From: an uncultured Bdellovibrionales bacterium
Lineage (GTDB): Bacteria > Patescibacteriota > Minisyncoccia > Moranbacterales > UBA9337
Direction: 5' to 3'
Length of the DNA: 64,000 nucleotides
NCBI GenBank assembly: GCA_964605525.1
Contig: CAZSCV010000002.1
Span: forward strand, 69,888 to 133,887
The notes beneath the pieces were generated by a model, which worked only from the letters and a program-made list of their open reading frames with translations, was not told the DNA's origin and did no database searches. Below are positions 1 through 9,506 of the stretch, piece by piece. Made by a program: the position numbers and the translations under genes. Position 1 is the first letter of the stretch. Each line of letters begins with the position of its first letter.

Positions 1-648
1 ATCCATTCGGTTCTTGAAAACACCGGAGACGATGATGCCTATGACATCGAACTCCAATACTGGATTTCCGAAAACAAAACTTTCGGCGACGATGAAGACG
101 AATACCTCGCCTCCGATTGGATCGACCAAATCGACGCGGGAGAATCCCACGAAGACAGAAAAACCCAAGACGAAAACGGCGATCAACTCAGAACCCCCAA
201 CCAAGAGGGGCTTTTTTATATCTTCGCCATCGCCATCGTTGATACTGATAACTCGACCAACATCTCCGACAACAACGATGACGATGAGTATTCCAAACTC
301 ACCGTCAAGGAGTACATTCCTCCGCCACCTCCAATGGAAATTAAAATCACCGATCCTTCCAGCGGAGAGAAGTGGAAGACCAGTAGCGGTCATTCTTTGA
401 ATTGGAAAACCACCAACGTCCCCAAGGGATGCCACGTAAAGATTGAGTATTATCTTTACGAAAAAAAGAAGTGGTACGTCCTGGACGACTCCACCCCCAA
501 TTCAGATGGAGAAAAGAATTGGGATATGGAGAAATCTCCATACAAAGACATCATCAAAAAGGATACCGACGCCAAAGTCAGGATTACTGTCGTCGAGTAT
601 CCGAAAATATCAAATGAAGTCAAATTCAAAATTGATCACAAGAAATGA
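1..648 (+). CDS. 3' part of a surface/secreted protein (CARDB-like domain, PPPPP linker, Ig-like domain); 5'-truncated by the window
   Basis: Frame 1 is open from base 1 (IHSVLENTGDDDAYDIELQYWISENKTFGDDEDEYL...EGLFYIFAIAIVDTDN...) and runs into the track ORF 334..648; N-x-G...Y...Y-I-x-A-x-x-D pattern resembles CARDB. Confidence 0.65.
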   Translation: MHSVLENTGDDDAYDIELQYWISENKTFGDDEDEYLASDWIDQIDAGESHEDRKTQDENGDQLRTPNQEGLFYIFAIAIVDTDNSTNISDNNDDDEYSKLTVKEYIPPPPPMEIKITDPSSGEKWKTSSGHSLNWKTTNVPKGCHVKIEYYLYEKKKWYVLDDSTPNSDGEKNWDMEKSPYKDIIKKDTDAKVRITVVEYPKISNEVKFKIDHKK

Positions 649-675
649 AGCATATCAATCTTGAGTTTGACTGCC

Positions 676-711
676 AACGGAAAGTCTCGAAAGAGGTTTT
701 CCGTTTTTTTT
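676..711 (+). terminator. Intrinsic terminator
   Basis: AACGGAAAGTCTC-GAAA-GAGGTTTTCCGTT hairpin followed by a T run. Confidence 0.8.
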
Positions 712-804
712 ATTACTCACTTTATTTTTTGAAATTTTTTATGTATAATAAAATGCAGTGGGCGGATATTGAGGTTTGGTTGATTTGAAATTAAGAATAA
801 TTTA

Positions 805-1368
805 ATGGAAGAGAATATTGCGAAAATTTTGGGAGTGGTGGCGGTTATAATACTCGGAAGCGGACTGATATTGGGCGAAGAAACTTTGCGGGAAAAATTT
901 TTACGGACAAAATCAATTGTAATCCGCTGGGCTGTTTACTCGATTCTTGATTATGGATTAACAGGACTTAGTATTCTCTTGGTAATCATATTTAAGCAAG
1001 CAGGATCGGGTTTTGCGGAAGCATTTTTTGCGATGTGGGCTTTTGATTTTATTTCAGCCGTCTTACTTCTTGTTATTTGCGTCAAGTCAGGAAAAGATTT
1101 GACTTTGGGACAAGAATATCGAAGGTCTATTGGGAAAATTTTTTTCAAATCAAAAATGGTCGGCGTGGTTTCTTTCCTTGCCTTTGCGCTGAAGGCGTCT
1201 ATTTGGGATGGCCCGGAAAGGATGGTCGAATACTTTAAAAATGAACTTAATACTATCCTTAAAAAAGGATTGGTTATCTTTTTTATGACATCACTTCAAG
1301 CGGTATTTTGGACAGGAGCTTATTCTTTGGGGTATGATGGGATTATGAGATTTTTAAATAATATATAA
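805..1368 (+). CDS. Hypothetical multi-pass membrane protein
   Basis: 187-aa ORF with several hydrophobic segments; TATAAT at about 744. Confidence 0.75.
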   Translation: MEENIAKILGVVAVIILGSGLILGEETLREKFLRTKSIVIRWAVYSILDYGLTGLSILLVIIFKQAGSGFAEAFFAMWAFDFISAVLLLVICVKSGKDLTLGQEYRRSIGKIFFKSKMVGVVSFLAFALKASIWDGPERMVEYFKNELNTILKKGLVIFFMTSLQAVFWTGAYSLGYDGIMRFLNNI

Positions 1369-1413
1369 TCAGCTTATTTCGCGGTTTTATTTAGAATCGT
1401 GCAGAATTTTTTT

Positions 1414-2748
1414 ATGAATATACTTTTTGTTTCGAGAGATTTGTCGGGAGGGGATTTGGCGTATAGGTTGAAAAATGAGGGCAATGACGTGCGACTTTTC
1501 ATCGATGATCATGATTTGAAAAAATGTTTCGATGGAATGGTTGAAAAAACGGACAATTGGGAAAAGGATCTTGAATGGGTTGGAAAAGAGGGAATGATCG
1601 TTTTTGATAGCACTGGATACGGAAAAATTCAAGATGATTTGAGAAAAAACGGATATTCCGTTATCGGAGGATGCGAAATGGGAGATAAGCTCGAGCATGA
1701 TCGGCAATACGGACAGAAAATATTTTCTGCTTGCGGAATTAATATTGCTCCAACGGAAAGATTTGATTCATTGGAAAAGGCTGTTGCATTTGTGAAAAAT
1801 AATGAGGGACCTTGGGTTGTTAAGCAAAATGGACATCAAGATAAGACTTGTAATTATGTGGGAGAATTTAAGGATGGAAGGGATGTTATTGATGTCCTTG
1901 AATCTTATTTTAAAAATAAAGAAAAATGTATTCCGGTAGATTTGCAAAAAAGAGTATATGGAATTGAAATTGGCGTAGCGAGATATTTTAACGGAAATGA
2001 TTGGGTTGGTCCTATCGAAATTAATATGGAACATAAAGATTTATTTGCAGGATGCATAGGTCCGAAAACCGACGAAATGGGAACTTTGATGTGGTATGAA
2101 AAGGATGAAAATAACAAATTATTCCAGGCTACGCTGGAAAAATTAAAACCATTTTTTCAGAAAATAGATTTTCGTGGCGATGTCGATATAAATTGTATTG
2201 TCGATAAAGAGAAAATTTTTCCATTGGAATTGACAACAAGATTCGGCTGGCCTGCCATTCATGCACAAGAGTCTTTACATATATCCGATTGGAGTAAATT
2301 TTTAAAAGCGGTGGCGGACGGAGAAAAATACGAGTTAAAATATAAAGATGGATTTTCTATGACTGTTTTAATTGCGGTTCCTCCTTTTCCATATAAAATT
2401 GATAATGGAAAATATTCATTCAGGAATAAGGAAATTTATTTTTCATCCAAATTAACAGAAGATGAGATTAAAAATATTCATTTCGATGAAGTTTATAAGG
2501 ATAATGAGGGGAAATTTAGGATAGCAGGGGATTCCGGATTTGTTTTGAATGTTGCATGTTCAGGCGAAACAGTCGGGGATATTAGAGAAAATATCTATGG
2601 AATAATCAAAAAAATTATAATTCCAAAAAAATTCTACAGAAACGATATTGGAATAAAGTTTGAGCAAGAAGATCAAAAAAAACTTGAAAAGTGGGGATGG
2701 ATACAAAAAAGAAGCTTTTTCAGTTTTTGTGGTATAATTAAAAAATAA
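1414..2748 (+). CDS. PurD-like ATP-grasp protein (phosphoribosylamine-glycine ligase family)
   Basis: LEHDR, P-W-V-V-K, EHKDLFAGCIGPKTDEMG, LELTTRFGWP and YRNDIG motifs resemble GARS; ATG 1414 preferred over GTG 1399. Confidence 0.8.
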   Translation: MNILFVSRDLSGGDLAYRLKNEGNDVRLFIDDHDLKKCFDGMVEKTDNWEKDLEWVGKEGMIVFDSTGYGKIQDDLRKNGYSVIGGCEMGDKLEHDRQYGQKIFSACGINIAPTERFDSLEKAVAFVKNNEGPWVVKQNGHQDKTCNYVGEFKDGRDVIDVLESYFKNKEKCIPVDLQKRVYGIEIGVARYFNGNDWVGPIEINMEHKDLFAGCIGPKTDEMGTLMWYEKDENNKLFQATLEKLKPFFQKIDFRGDVDINCIVDKEKIFPLELTTRFGWPAIHAQESLHISDWSKFLKAVADGEKYELKYKDGFSMTVLIAVPPFPYKIDNGKYSFRNKEIYFSSKLTEDEIKNIHFDEVYKDNEGKFRIAGDSGFVLNVACSGETVGDIRENIYGIIKKIIIPKKFYRNDIGIKFEQEDQKKLEKWGWIQKRSFFSFCGIIKK

Positions 2749-2766
2749 AAATTAAAAAATTAAAAA

Positions 2767-4467
2767 ATGTTTTGTCAAGATGCCTCGGCTCCATTTTTAT
2801 TTCTTTTTTCCGACATAGCTCCTCAGTTGTTATATTATTCACACTTTACCGGAATAATAGCAACATTGGTTATAGGATCCTATGTTTTTTTTAAGAATAT
2901 TTCTTCCATAAGCGCGTTTTTGATTTTTATTGTGGCGATTTTGTTTTCTTTATGGTCGATTTTTGATGTAATTACTTGGGTTAATATCGACAGCAGGATT
3001 ATAATGCTTTCCTGGGGATTGATGAATTTGGTTGAACCTTTGATATACCTGACTCTTTTGTATTTTGTTTCTCATTATCTGAGAGAAAAAACCGATTATC
3101 GATTCAAATTTGTTGTGGCTATTCTTTTTCTGCCGATCTTATTTTTACTTTCGACGACATATAATTTAAAGCATTTCGACCTTTCAGTGTGCGAATCAAT
3201 ACAGGGAGAATTGATGAAGTATAATTATTCTTTCGAAATGTTATTATCCACTCTGATTATCTATTTTATTGTGAAGAATTTAATATTTGTCCGTGAAGAG
3301 ATGTCAAGGAAGCACATTGTAATATTTTCTTTAGGAGTTATATTTTTTATTATTTCTTTTTCGTGGGCGAATATAGTTGGAAATATTACTACCAATTGGG
3401 AAATAACTCAATACGGACTGTTCGGAGCTCCTGTTTTTATGGGTGTTTTGGCATATTTGATTGTTCGTTATAAAGCCTTCAATGTAAAAGTATTTGGGGT
3501 GCAGGCTTTGATGCTCTCATTGATCATTATTATCGCCTCTGAATATTTTTTTGTTGATTCTTTGGTGAATTTTGTTTTGGTCGGGATTACCTTAATTTTG
3601 GCACTTGGATTCGGATATATCCTAACTAAATCGGTCAAAAGGGATATTGAGCAAAAAGAAGAATTGGAAGTTTTGAGTCAACAATTGGTAGCGGCGAATG
3701 TTCAGCTTAAAAAACTTGATAAGGCAAAAACGGAATTTATCTCCATTGCCTCCCATCAATTGCGAACCCCGCTTACTGCCATTAAGGGGTACACTTCATT
3801 GATCATAGAAGGATCGTACGGAAAAATAAGCAAGTCAGTTGAAGCTGCATTGAAAAAAACATATAGCGCTAATGAACGTTTGATTTTGTTAGTAGAGGAC
3901 TTGCTTAATGTTTCCCGTATTGAATCGGGGCGAATGAAATATGATCTGGCAGATGTTCGCTTGGAAGATTTGGCAACTCAATCGTACGACAGTTTGATTT
4001 TAAAAGCTGAAGATGAAGGATTATATTTGAAAATCAATCTTCCAAAAAATCCATTGCCGGTTTTCCATATTGATGGGGGAAAAGTGCGAGAAGTTATTTC
4101 CAATTTTATTGATAATGCGGTTAAATATACTGAAAAGGGCGGAGTGGAAGTGAGTTTTGAAATTGATTCCCAGTCGGCGAGAATTGTGATTTCCGATACT
4201 GGAATCGGAATTCCCAAGGAAGAGCTCGCTTATCTTTTTAAGAAATTTTCTCGCGGAAAAGACACTTCACGACTCAATGCGACTGGAACAGGGTTGGGGC
4301 TTTTTGTCGGAAAAAACATCATTGAAGCGCATGGCGGAAGGGTTTGGGTTGATTCGGAAGGAATAGGAAAGGGTTCAAAATTTTACATCCAGCTTCCGCT
4401 TAAATGGGTTGATCCAAATAAAAATTCTGGGGTCGGAATGAATGAAGAGGTAAATAAAGGAAAATAG
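2767..4467 (+). CDS. Sensor histidine kinase with N-terminal multi-TM domain
   Basis: H-box SHQLRTPLT, N-box NFIDNAVKYT, DTGIGI, GTGLGL, GKGSKF. Confidence 0.93.
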   Translation: MFCQDASAPFLFLFSDIAPQLLYYSHFTGIIATLVIGSYVFFKNISSISAFLIFIVAILFSLWSIFDVITWVNIDSRIIMLSWGLMNLVEPLIYLTLLYFVSHYLREKTDYRFKFVVAILFLPILFLLSTTYNLKHFDLSVCESIQGELMKYNYSFEMLLSTLIIYFIVKNLIFVREEMSRKHIVIFSLGVIFFIISFSWANIVGNITTNWEITQYGLFGAPVFMGVLAYLIVRYKAFNVKVFGVQALMLSLIIIIASEYFFVDSLVNFVLVGITLILALGFGYILTKSVKRDIEQKEELEVLSQQLVAANVQLKKLDKAKTEFISIASHQLRTPLTAIKGYTSLIIEGSYGKISKSVEAALKKTYSANERLILLVEDLLNVSRIESGRMKYDLADVRLEDLATQSYDSLILKAEDEGLYLKINLPKNPLPVFHIDGGKVREVISNFIDNAVKYTEKGGVEVSFEIDSQSARIVISDTGIGIPKEELAYLFKKFSRGKDTSRLNATGTGLGLFVGKNIIEAHGGRVWVDSEGIGKGSKFYIQLPLKWVDPNKNSGVGMNEEVNKGK

Positions 4468-4486
4468 TTTTTTTTGTCTATTTTTT

Positions 4487-4518
4487 AAAAAAGCAGACTT
4501 TTTACGAGTCTGCTTTTT
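4487..4518. terminator. Bidirectional terminator between convergent genes
   Basis: AAAAAGCAGACT-loop-AGTCTGCTTTTT. Confidence 0.85.
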
Positions 4519-4545
4519 ATATGACATTATATTAAAATAAGCACC

Positions 4546-5607
4546 CTATTTTCTTTCCTTTTCGAGTCGTTTAATTTCTTCAAGAAGAGCGGGGAGAATG
4601 TCTTTTTCCTTAACGCTTTTGATAACTTTTCCTTTGGCAAAAATAGCTCCCATTCCTTTGCCACCTGCCACACCAATGTCGGCTTCGCGCGCTTCGCCAG
4701 GACCATTAACCACGCATCCCATTACAGCCACCTTAATCGGTATTTTCACCTTCAAAAGCGCTTGCTCGACTTTATTTGCCAGTTCTATTAAATTAATTTC
4801 TGTTCTGCCGCAGGTAGGGCAAGAAATCATTTCCGGTCCGCGCCGTCGCAATTCAAGCGATTGCAAGATTGCCCAGCAAGTGTCCATTTCTTCCAGTGGA
4901 TCAGCCGTGAGAGAAACGCGAAAAGTTGATCCGATGCCTTGATTTAACAAAACCCCGATTCCAATGGCGCTTTTGATAGAACCCTTAAAAGCGGTTCCTG
5001 CCTCGGTAACTCCAAGATGGAGAGGATAGTCTACTCTTTTAGCGAGCATTTGATATGCTTGGATCATATGTGGGACATTGCTGAATTTAATGGAGATTAA
5101 AATATCTTTAAAATTAAATTTTTCCAAAATCCTGACATGGCGCATTGCCGATTCAACAGCAGCTTTCGGAGTAGCTCCATATTTATTCAGAAGGTCCTGT
5201 TCGATTGATCCTGAATTAACTCCGATGCGGATAGGAATTTTTTTCTTTTTACAAGCATCAACGACAGCTTTTATTTTTTCTTCCGATCCGATATTTCCCG
5301 GATTGATTCTCACTTTGTCGATTCCCTGATTGATTGCTTCAAGCGCCAATTTGTAATCGAAATGAATATCGGCTACTAATGGAATATGGATTTGTTTTTT
5401 AATTTTTCCAATTGCTTTGGCGGCAACCATATCCGGAACAGCTACGCGAATAATCTCACAGCCGGCTTTTTCCAGCGCGAGAATTTGCTTGACAGTGTCT
5501 TTGACATTGCGAGTGTCAGTGTTGCACATTGATTGGATGCGGACAGGATTATCTCCTCCCAACTTCAAATTTCCAACTTTGACTACGCGAGTTGTGTATT
5601 TTTTCAT
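4546..5607 (-). CDS. ispG: (E)-4-hydroxy-3-methylbut-2-enyl-diphosphate synthase
   Basis: IQSM-NT, PLVADIHFD, RINPGNIG, RIGVNSGS, HLGVTEAG, SCPTCGR, MGCVVNGPGE. Confidence 0.97.
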   Translation of the reverse strand: MKKYTTRVVKVGNLKLGGDNPVRIQSMCNTDTRNVKDTVKQILALEKAGCEIIRVAVPDMVAAKAIGKIKKQIHIPLVADIHFDYKLALEAINQGIDKVRINPGNIGSEEKIKAVVDACKKKKIPIRIGVNSGSIEQDLLNKYGATPKAAVESAMRHVRILEKFNFKDILISIKFSNVPHMIQAYQMLAKRVDYPLHLGVTEAGTAFKGSIKSAIGIGVLLNQGIGSTFRVSLTADPLEEMDTCWAILQSLELRRRGPEMISCPTCGRTEINLIELANKVEQALLKVKIPIKVAVMGCVVNGPGEAREADIGVAGGKGMGAIFAKGKVIKSVKEKDILPALLEEIKRLEKERK

Positions 5608-5737
5608 ATTTTTCTTTAAAAAATTTAACCGAAAAATTCTATTCTATAAAGAAAGGTAGCATTTAATCGGAGTATTTTCAAGCCCTTGCGATTTGATTTT
5701 TTGGCGTTATCGGGTAATATTAGATTATTGCCAAAAT

Positions 5738-6049
5738 ATGGATAATAAAAAATTCCAACGGAATATCGAGGATTTTGTTTGTGGAAATTGCGGAGCTCAA
5801 ATTGAAGGGAATGGATATACCAATCATTGCCCGTTTTGTTTGTGGAGCAAGCATGTTGACAAAAATCCTGGCGATCGGGAGGAAAAATGCCATGGAATGA
5901 TGAAGCCGGTTTCTATCCAAATGAAAAACGGCAAGCAAATAATTATTCACAAATGCCAAAAATGCGGATTTGAAAAATCAAACAAAGTTTCAAAAACGGA
6001 TAATTTTGAAAAAATATTGGAGTTAATGAAGGGAAATTTTAACAGTTGA
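5738..6049 (+). CDS. RNHCP domain Zn-finger protein
   Basis: FVCGNCG...TNHCPFCLWSKHVDKNPGDR...C.GMM.P...HKCQKCG. Confidence 0.9.
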   Translation: MDNKKFQRNIEDFVCGNCGAQIEGNGYTNHCPFCLWSKHVDKNPGDREEKCHGMMKPVSIQMKNGKQIIIHKCQKCGFEKSNKVSKTDNFEKILELMKGNFNS

Positions 6050-6132
6050 GCAAAATAATAAAAAGTGGTAGAATATGTTTTGTCGGAGTAATTAATTTTA
6101 ACAGATTGAATTAATCTGAAATATAAATAAAA

Positions 6133-7527
6133 ATGAATCCAATTGATAAAAGCAAACGAAACAAAAAAAGGAGTGTAATCGCAATTGTTGCAATATTGAT
6201 GGCGGCTGGAGCGGTCTATTTATTTTTAAAAGCTGATAAAAAAGATATCCTCATGTCTTCCATTTCTGCGATTGAAAAAGTGTCCCGATTATTGCCAATA
6301 GAAAAAGATACGAAAGCGGAAATTTCCGCCATAGACAAATTATCCCAAGAACTTCTTAAGAAAGATGATGTCGAAAGAAGATATTTGATTTTGCTTCAGA
6401 ATAACATGGAATTGCGCCCCGGAGGAGGATTTTTGGGTCAATATGCGATTTTAAAGGTGAAAAATGGCGAGGTGGCATCCACTCAAATTGAAGACGCGAA
6501 TTTGCTTGACCAGCGGATTACGGCGAAAGTAACTCCGCCATATCCTTTCAAGCAGAAAATGCAAATCAAAAAATGGAAATTCCGCGATTCCAATTTTTCA
6601 CCGAATTTTCCAACTAATGCCGAGAAAGCCAAATATTTTTACCGCCTTAGCGGTGGCAATGATAATTTTGACGGAGTAATTGCTGTTAACTCTGATGTGT
6701 TTTCCAATGTCTTGAAACTGACCGGTCCGATAGTGGTTCCTGGTTACTCAACTGAATTTATCAGTGAAAACGCAGTTTTAAAATTGGAAGAAATTGTTGA
6801 AAAAGCATATATTAACAATGCCGCACTTGATTCCACTAACCGAAAATCAATAATGAAAAGTATGGGTCCGGTGATTATTGAAAAATTGGCGCACATTAAT
6901 AATATTCCGAAAATTTCCGAATTTGTTCTTGAAGAGTTACGCAATAAAAACGTGATGTTTAACTTTCGCGATGAGCAGTTGCAGGCGGAAGTGGAAAAAG
7001 TGCATTGGGACGGAGAAGTGGAGCAGGAATGGAGCGATGATTATTTGATGATGGTTGATGCGAATATGGGAGCGCTTAAATCCGATTATTATATGGACAG
7101 GGAAATTAGTTACAATCTTGATTTGACAGCAGAAAAACCAACAGCTGAATTGCGTATTTTGTATAAGCATAATGCAACTTATGGAGATTGGAGGACTAGC
7201 GATTACCATTCATATTTGCGGGTATATGCGCCAAAAGGGTCAACTCTTTTGGAGCGGAAAATGATCAGCTCTCCTTTGACACAGGAGGAATTTGGAAAGA
7301 CTTATTTTGGAGCGATGGTGGATGTTTTGATTGGGGGACAGACGGAAGCATATCTTAAATATGAACTCCCGGTAGAATTTAAAAGTAAAGATTACCGGCT
7401 ATTAGTCCAAAAACAATCAGGAGTGGGGGATGTTCCAATTAAAGTTCATATGAAAAATAACGATGGAGAATTTGATTATGAGGGAATATTGAAAAAAGAT
7501 TTGCATTTGGAATTTGGAAAAGAATAA
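6133..7527 (+). CDS. DUF4012-domain membrane-anchored protein
   Basis: N-terminal TM; YLILLQNNMELRPGGGFLG, RDSNFSPNFP, DGVIAVN, ANMGALKSD. Confidence 0.88.
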   Translation: MNPIDKSKRNKKRSVIAIVAILMAAGAVYLFLKADKKDILMSSISAIEKVSRLLPIEKDTKAEISAIDKLSQELLKKDDVERRYLILLQNNMELRPGGGFLGQYAILKVKNGEVASTQIEDANLLDQRITAKVTPPYPFKQKMQIKKWKFRDSNFSPNFPTNAEKAKYFYRLSGGNDNFDGVIAVNSDVFSNVLKLTGPIVVPGYSTEFISENAVLKLEEIVEKAYINNAALDSTNRKSIMKSMGPVIIEKLAHINNIPKISEFVLEELRNKNVMFNFRDEQLQAEVEKVHWDGEVEQEWSDDYLMMVDANMGALKSDYYMDREISYNLDLTAEKPTAELRILYKHNATYGDWRTSDYHSYLRVYAPKGSTLLERKMISSPLTQEEFGKTYFGAMVDVLIGGQTEAYLKYELPVEFKSKDYRLLVQKQSGVGDVPIKVHMKNNDGEFDYEGILKKDLHLEFGKE

Positions 7528-7570
7528 AAAAATAGATTTTATTTTTAAAATTTGTTAGAATATATTTATT

Positions 7571-7681
7571 ATGAAGAACAAGAGATTTCGGAAGAATATA
7601 TATAGGATTTGGGTGGTTATTTCCCTTTTTGCAGTTATTGCAATGATTGTGTTTCTGATCGCGCCTCTTTTTTTGTATTAA
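7571..7681 (+). CDS. 36-aa single-pass membrane peptide (not in ORF track)
   Basis: MKNKRFRKNIYRIWVVISLFAVIAMIVFLIAPLFLY*: basic N-terminus plus TM helix; fills the gap 19 nt before the DivIC-like gene. Confidence 0.65.
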   Translation: MKNKRFRKNIYRIWVVISLFAVIAMIVFLIAPLFLY

Positions 7682-7700
7682 AAAATAAAATTCCAACTGA

Positions 7701-8102
7701 ATGAAAAAGACGGGCTTAATAATTTCTTTCGGTGTGATTTTCGGCGGATTAGCTTTAATAGCAATGTTGCTTTATCCTTCATATAAGGAATACGAAAGAA
7801 ACAAGCGTATCAATGGTGAAATTGAAAAATTAAGCCAAGAAGCGGAAAAATTACGGGAGAACAATTCTGAATTAAGCGAGAAAATCGAGTATTTTAAAAC
7901 CCAGGCTTACAAGGAAAGGATTGCAAAAGAGAGATTGAATTTGCAAAAAACAGACGAGCAAGTTGTTGCCGTTAAACCCAGTATTTCAAAAAACGAATCT
8001 GTCGAAGTTTTGCAATTAAACAAGGGTGATGAAAATAAATTAGGCAAAATTGAATCTCCGAATTATCAAAAATGGATCAGGTATTTTTTTGGAAATTTAT
8101 AA
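7701..8102 (+). CDS. Septum formation initiator (DivIC/FtsB family)
   Basis: N-terminal TM, coiled coil, ERIAKERLNLQKTDEQV. Confidence 0.85.
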   Translation: MKKTGLIISFGVIFGGLALIAMLLYPSYKEYERNKRINGEIEKLSQEAEKLRENNSELSEKIEYFKTQAYKERIAKERLNLQKTDEQVVAVKPSISKNESVEVLQLNKGDENKLGKIESPNYQKWIRYFFGNL

Positions 8103-8105
8103 ACA

Positions 8106-9152
8106 ATGGATAAAAAAGAAAAGAAAGAAGGAAAGAGAAGAGTGAGTTTTCCGGCGATGCTGGGTTCTTTTGCAATGTTTGCTTTTTTAATCCTGCTTTT
8201 TTCGGGTTTTTATGCCTCTCGGAATCATGACGGTGAATTTTCAAAAAAAATAACAAAATATGTTCCTCTTCCACTGGTGGCTGTGGATTATTTTAATTTC
8301 ATAAGCCTTTCAACTTTTAACGACGACTTGAGGTCATTGAGAAGTTTTTATGAAAATCAAGATTTTTCAGATTCAGGAATGCGAGTAGACTTTTCTACGG
8401 AAGATGGAAAAAAAAGATTAAAAATTAAAGAAAAAGATATCTTAAATAAGCTTATTTCTGATAAAGTAATTGAAATAGCTGCAAAAAAAAATGGAAAAAA
8501 TATCTCCAAGGAGGATGTTGATCAGAGTGTTTCCAGAAAAATCAAGGAATTCGGCGGGGAAGATAAAATAAAAGAAAATTTAAAAAAATTGTATGGCTGG
8601 AATCTCGAAGATTTCAAGGAAAAAATTGTCAAACCGAGTCTGTATCGTGACGAAATAGAAAAAATTATCGCTTCTGAGTATGGACAAGAGGAGAACATAC
8701 GGCAAGAGAATAAAATTAAAGAGGCTCAAAACAGGCTGTCCGAGGGGGATGATTTTGCCGGGATTGCCAAAGAATTTTCCCTTGGCAAAACAGCTGACCA
8801 AGGAGGGGAATTGGGGTGGTTCTCTCGTGAGCAAATTTTGGACGGACTGGCTGAGACATCATTTTCCCTGAAAGAAGGTGAAGTAAGCGACGTATTAGAG
8901 AGTGAATTGGGATATCACCTCATTGAATTAGAAGAAAAGAAAAGTGATGGAGAGCAAGAATTGATACGGGTACGGCAAATTTTTCGTCCAAAAATGACAA
9001 TGGATCGCTGGCTCTCCGAAGAGATGAAAAAGCATAAAGTTTGGATCTTTATTGATGGATATAATTGGAATTCTGAGCTTGATCTGGCTGATTTTTCCAG
9101 CGAAGAACTTCAAAAATTCGAGCAGGATCAAGGCATGGAAATTTTGCAGTAA
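8106..9152 (+). CDS. SurA/PrsA-like parvulin peptidyl-prolyl isomerase
   Basis: TM anchor; DFAGIAKEFS...GGELGWF...GEVSDVLESELGYHLI. Confidence 0.9.
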   Translation: MDKKEKKEGKRRVSFPAMLGSFAMFAFLILLFSGFYASRNHDGEFSKKITKYVPLPLVAVDYFNFISLSTFNDDLRSLRSFYENQDFSDSGMRVDFSTEDGKKRLKIKEKDILNKLISDKVIEIAAKKNGKNISKEDVDQSVSRKIKEFGGEDKIKENLKKLYGWNLEDFKEKIVKPSLYRDEIEKIIASEYGQEENIRQENKIKEAQNRLSEGDDFAGIAKEFSLGKTADQGGELGWFSREQILDGLAETSFSLKEGEVSDVLESELGYHLIELEEKKSDGEQELIRVRQIFRPKMTMDRWLSEEMKKHKVWIFIDGYNWNSELDLADFSSEELQKFEQDQGMEILQ

Positions 9153-9234
9153 AAAAACCACTTGATTCGAATTTCATATTGCAGTAAAATAGCAGAGTAA
9201 AAAATAATTAATAAATTTATTAAATAAAAAAAAT

Positions 9235-9417
9235 ATGTCAAAGCCAGTTGTAAATGAAGATTTGTGCATTGGTTGTGGAACATGTGAAGCTCTTTGCCCG
9301 AATGTTTTCAAAATTGAAGATGGAAAATCCCACACTATTTCCGAGGATTGCGATGAATGCAATTGCCAGGAAGTGATTGAGAGTTGCCCAGTGAATGCAA
9401 TTTCAAGCGAGGAATAA
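9235..9417 (+). CDS. Ferredoxin (single 4Fe-4S type)
   Basis: CIGCGTCEALCP...SCPVNAI. Confidence 0.92.
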   Translation: MSKPVVNEDLCIGCGTCEALCPNVFKIEDGKSHTISEDCDECNCQEVIESCPVNAISSEE

Positions 9418-9506
9418 AACTTATCGACGAATTGTTCATTTTTATTTTCTGCAAGTGATATGTTTTTTTGTTAACATAATTATTAAGTAATCTATGCTTA
9501 TTTGTT

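Noticed and set aside
14-400. Thr/Pro/Ser-rich 128-aa ORF
   Set aside because: Shadow frame; frame 1 is open from base 1 into 334..648 and gives a more protein-like sequence.
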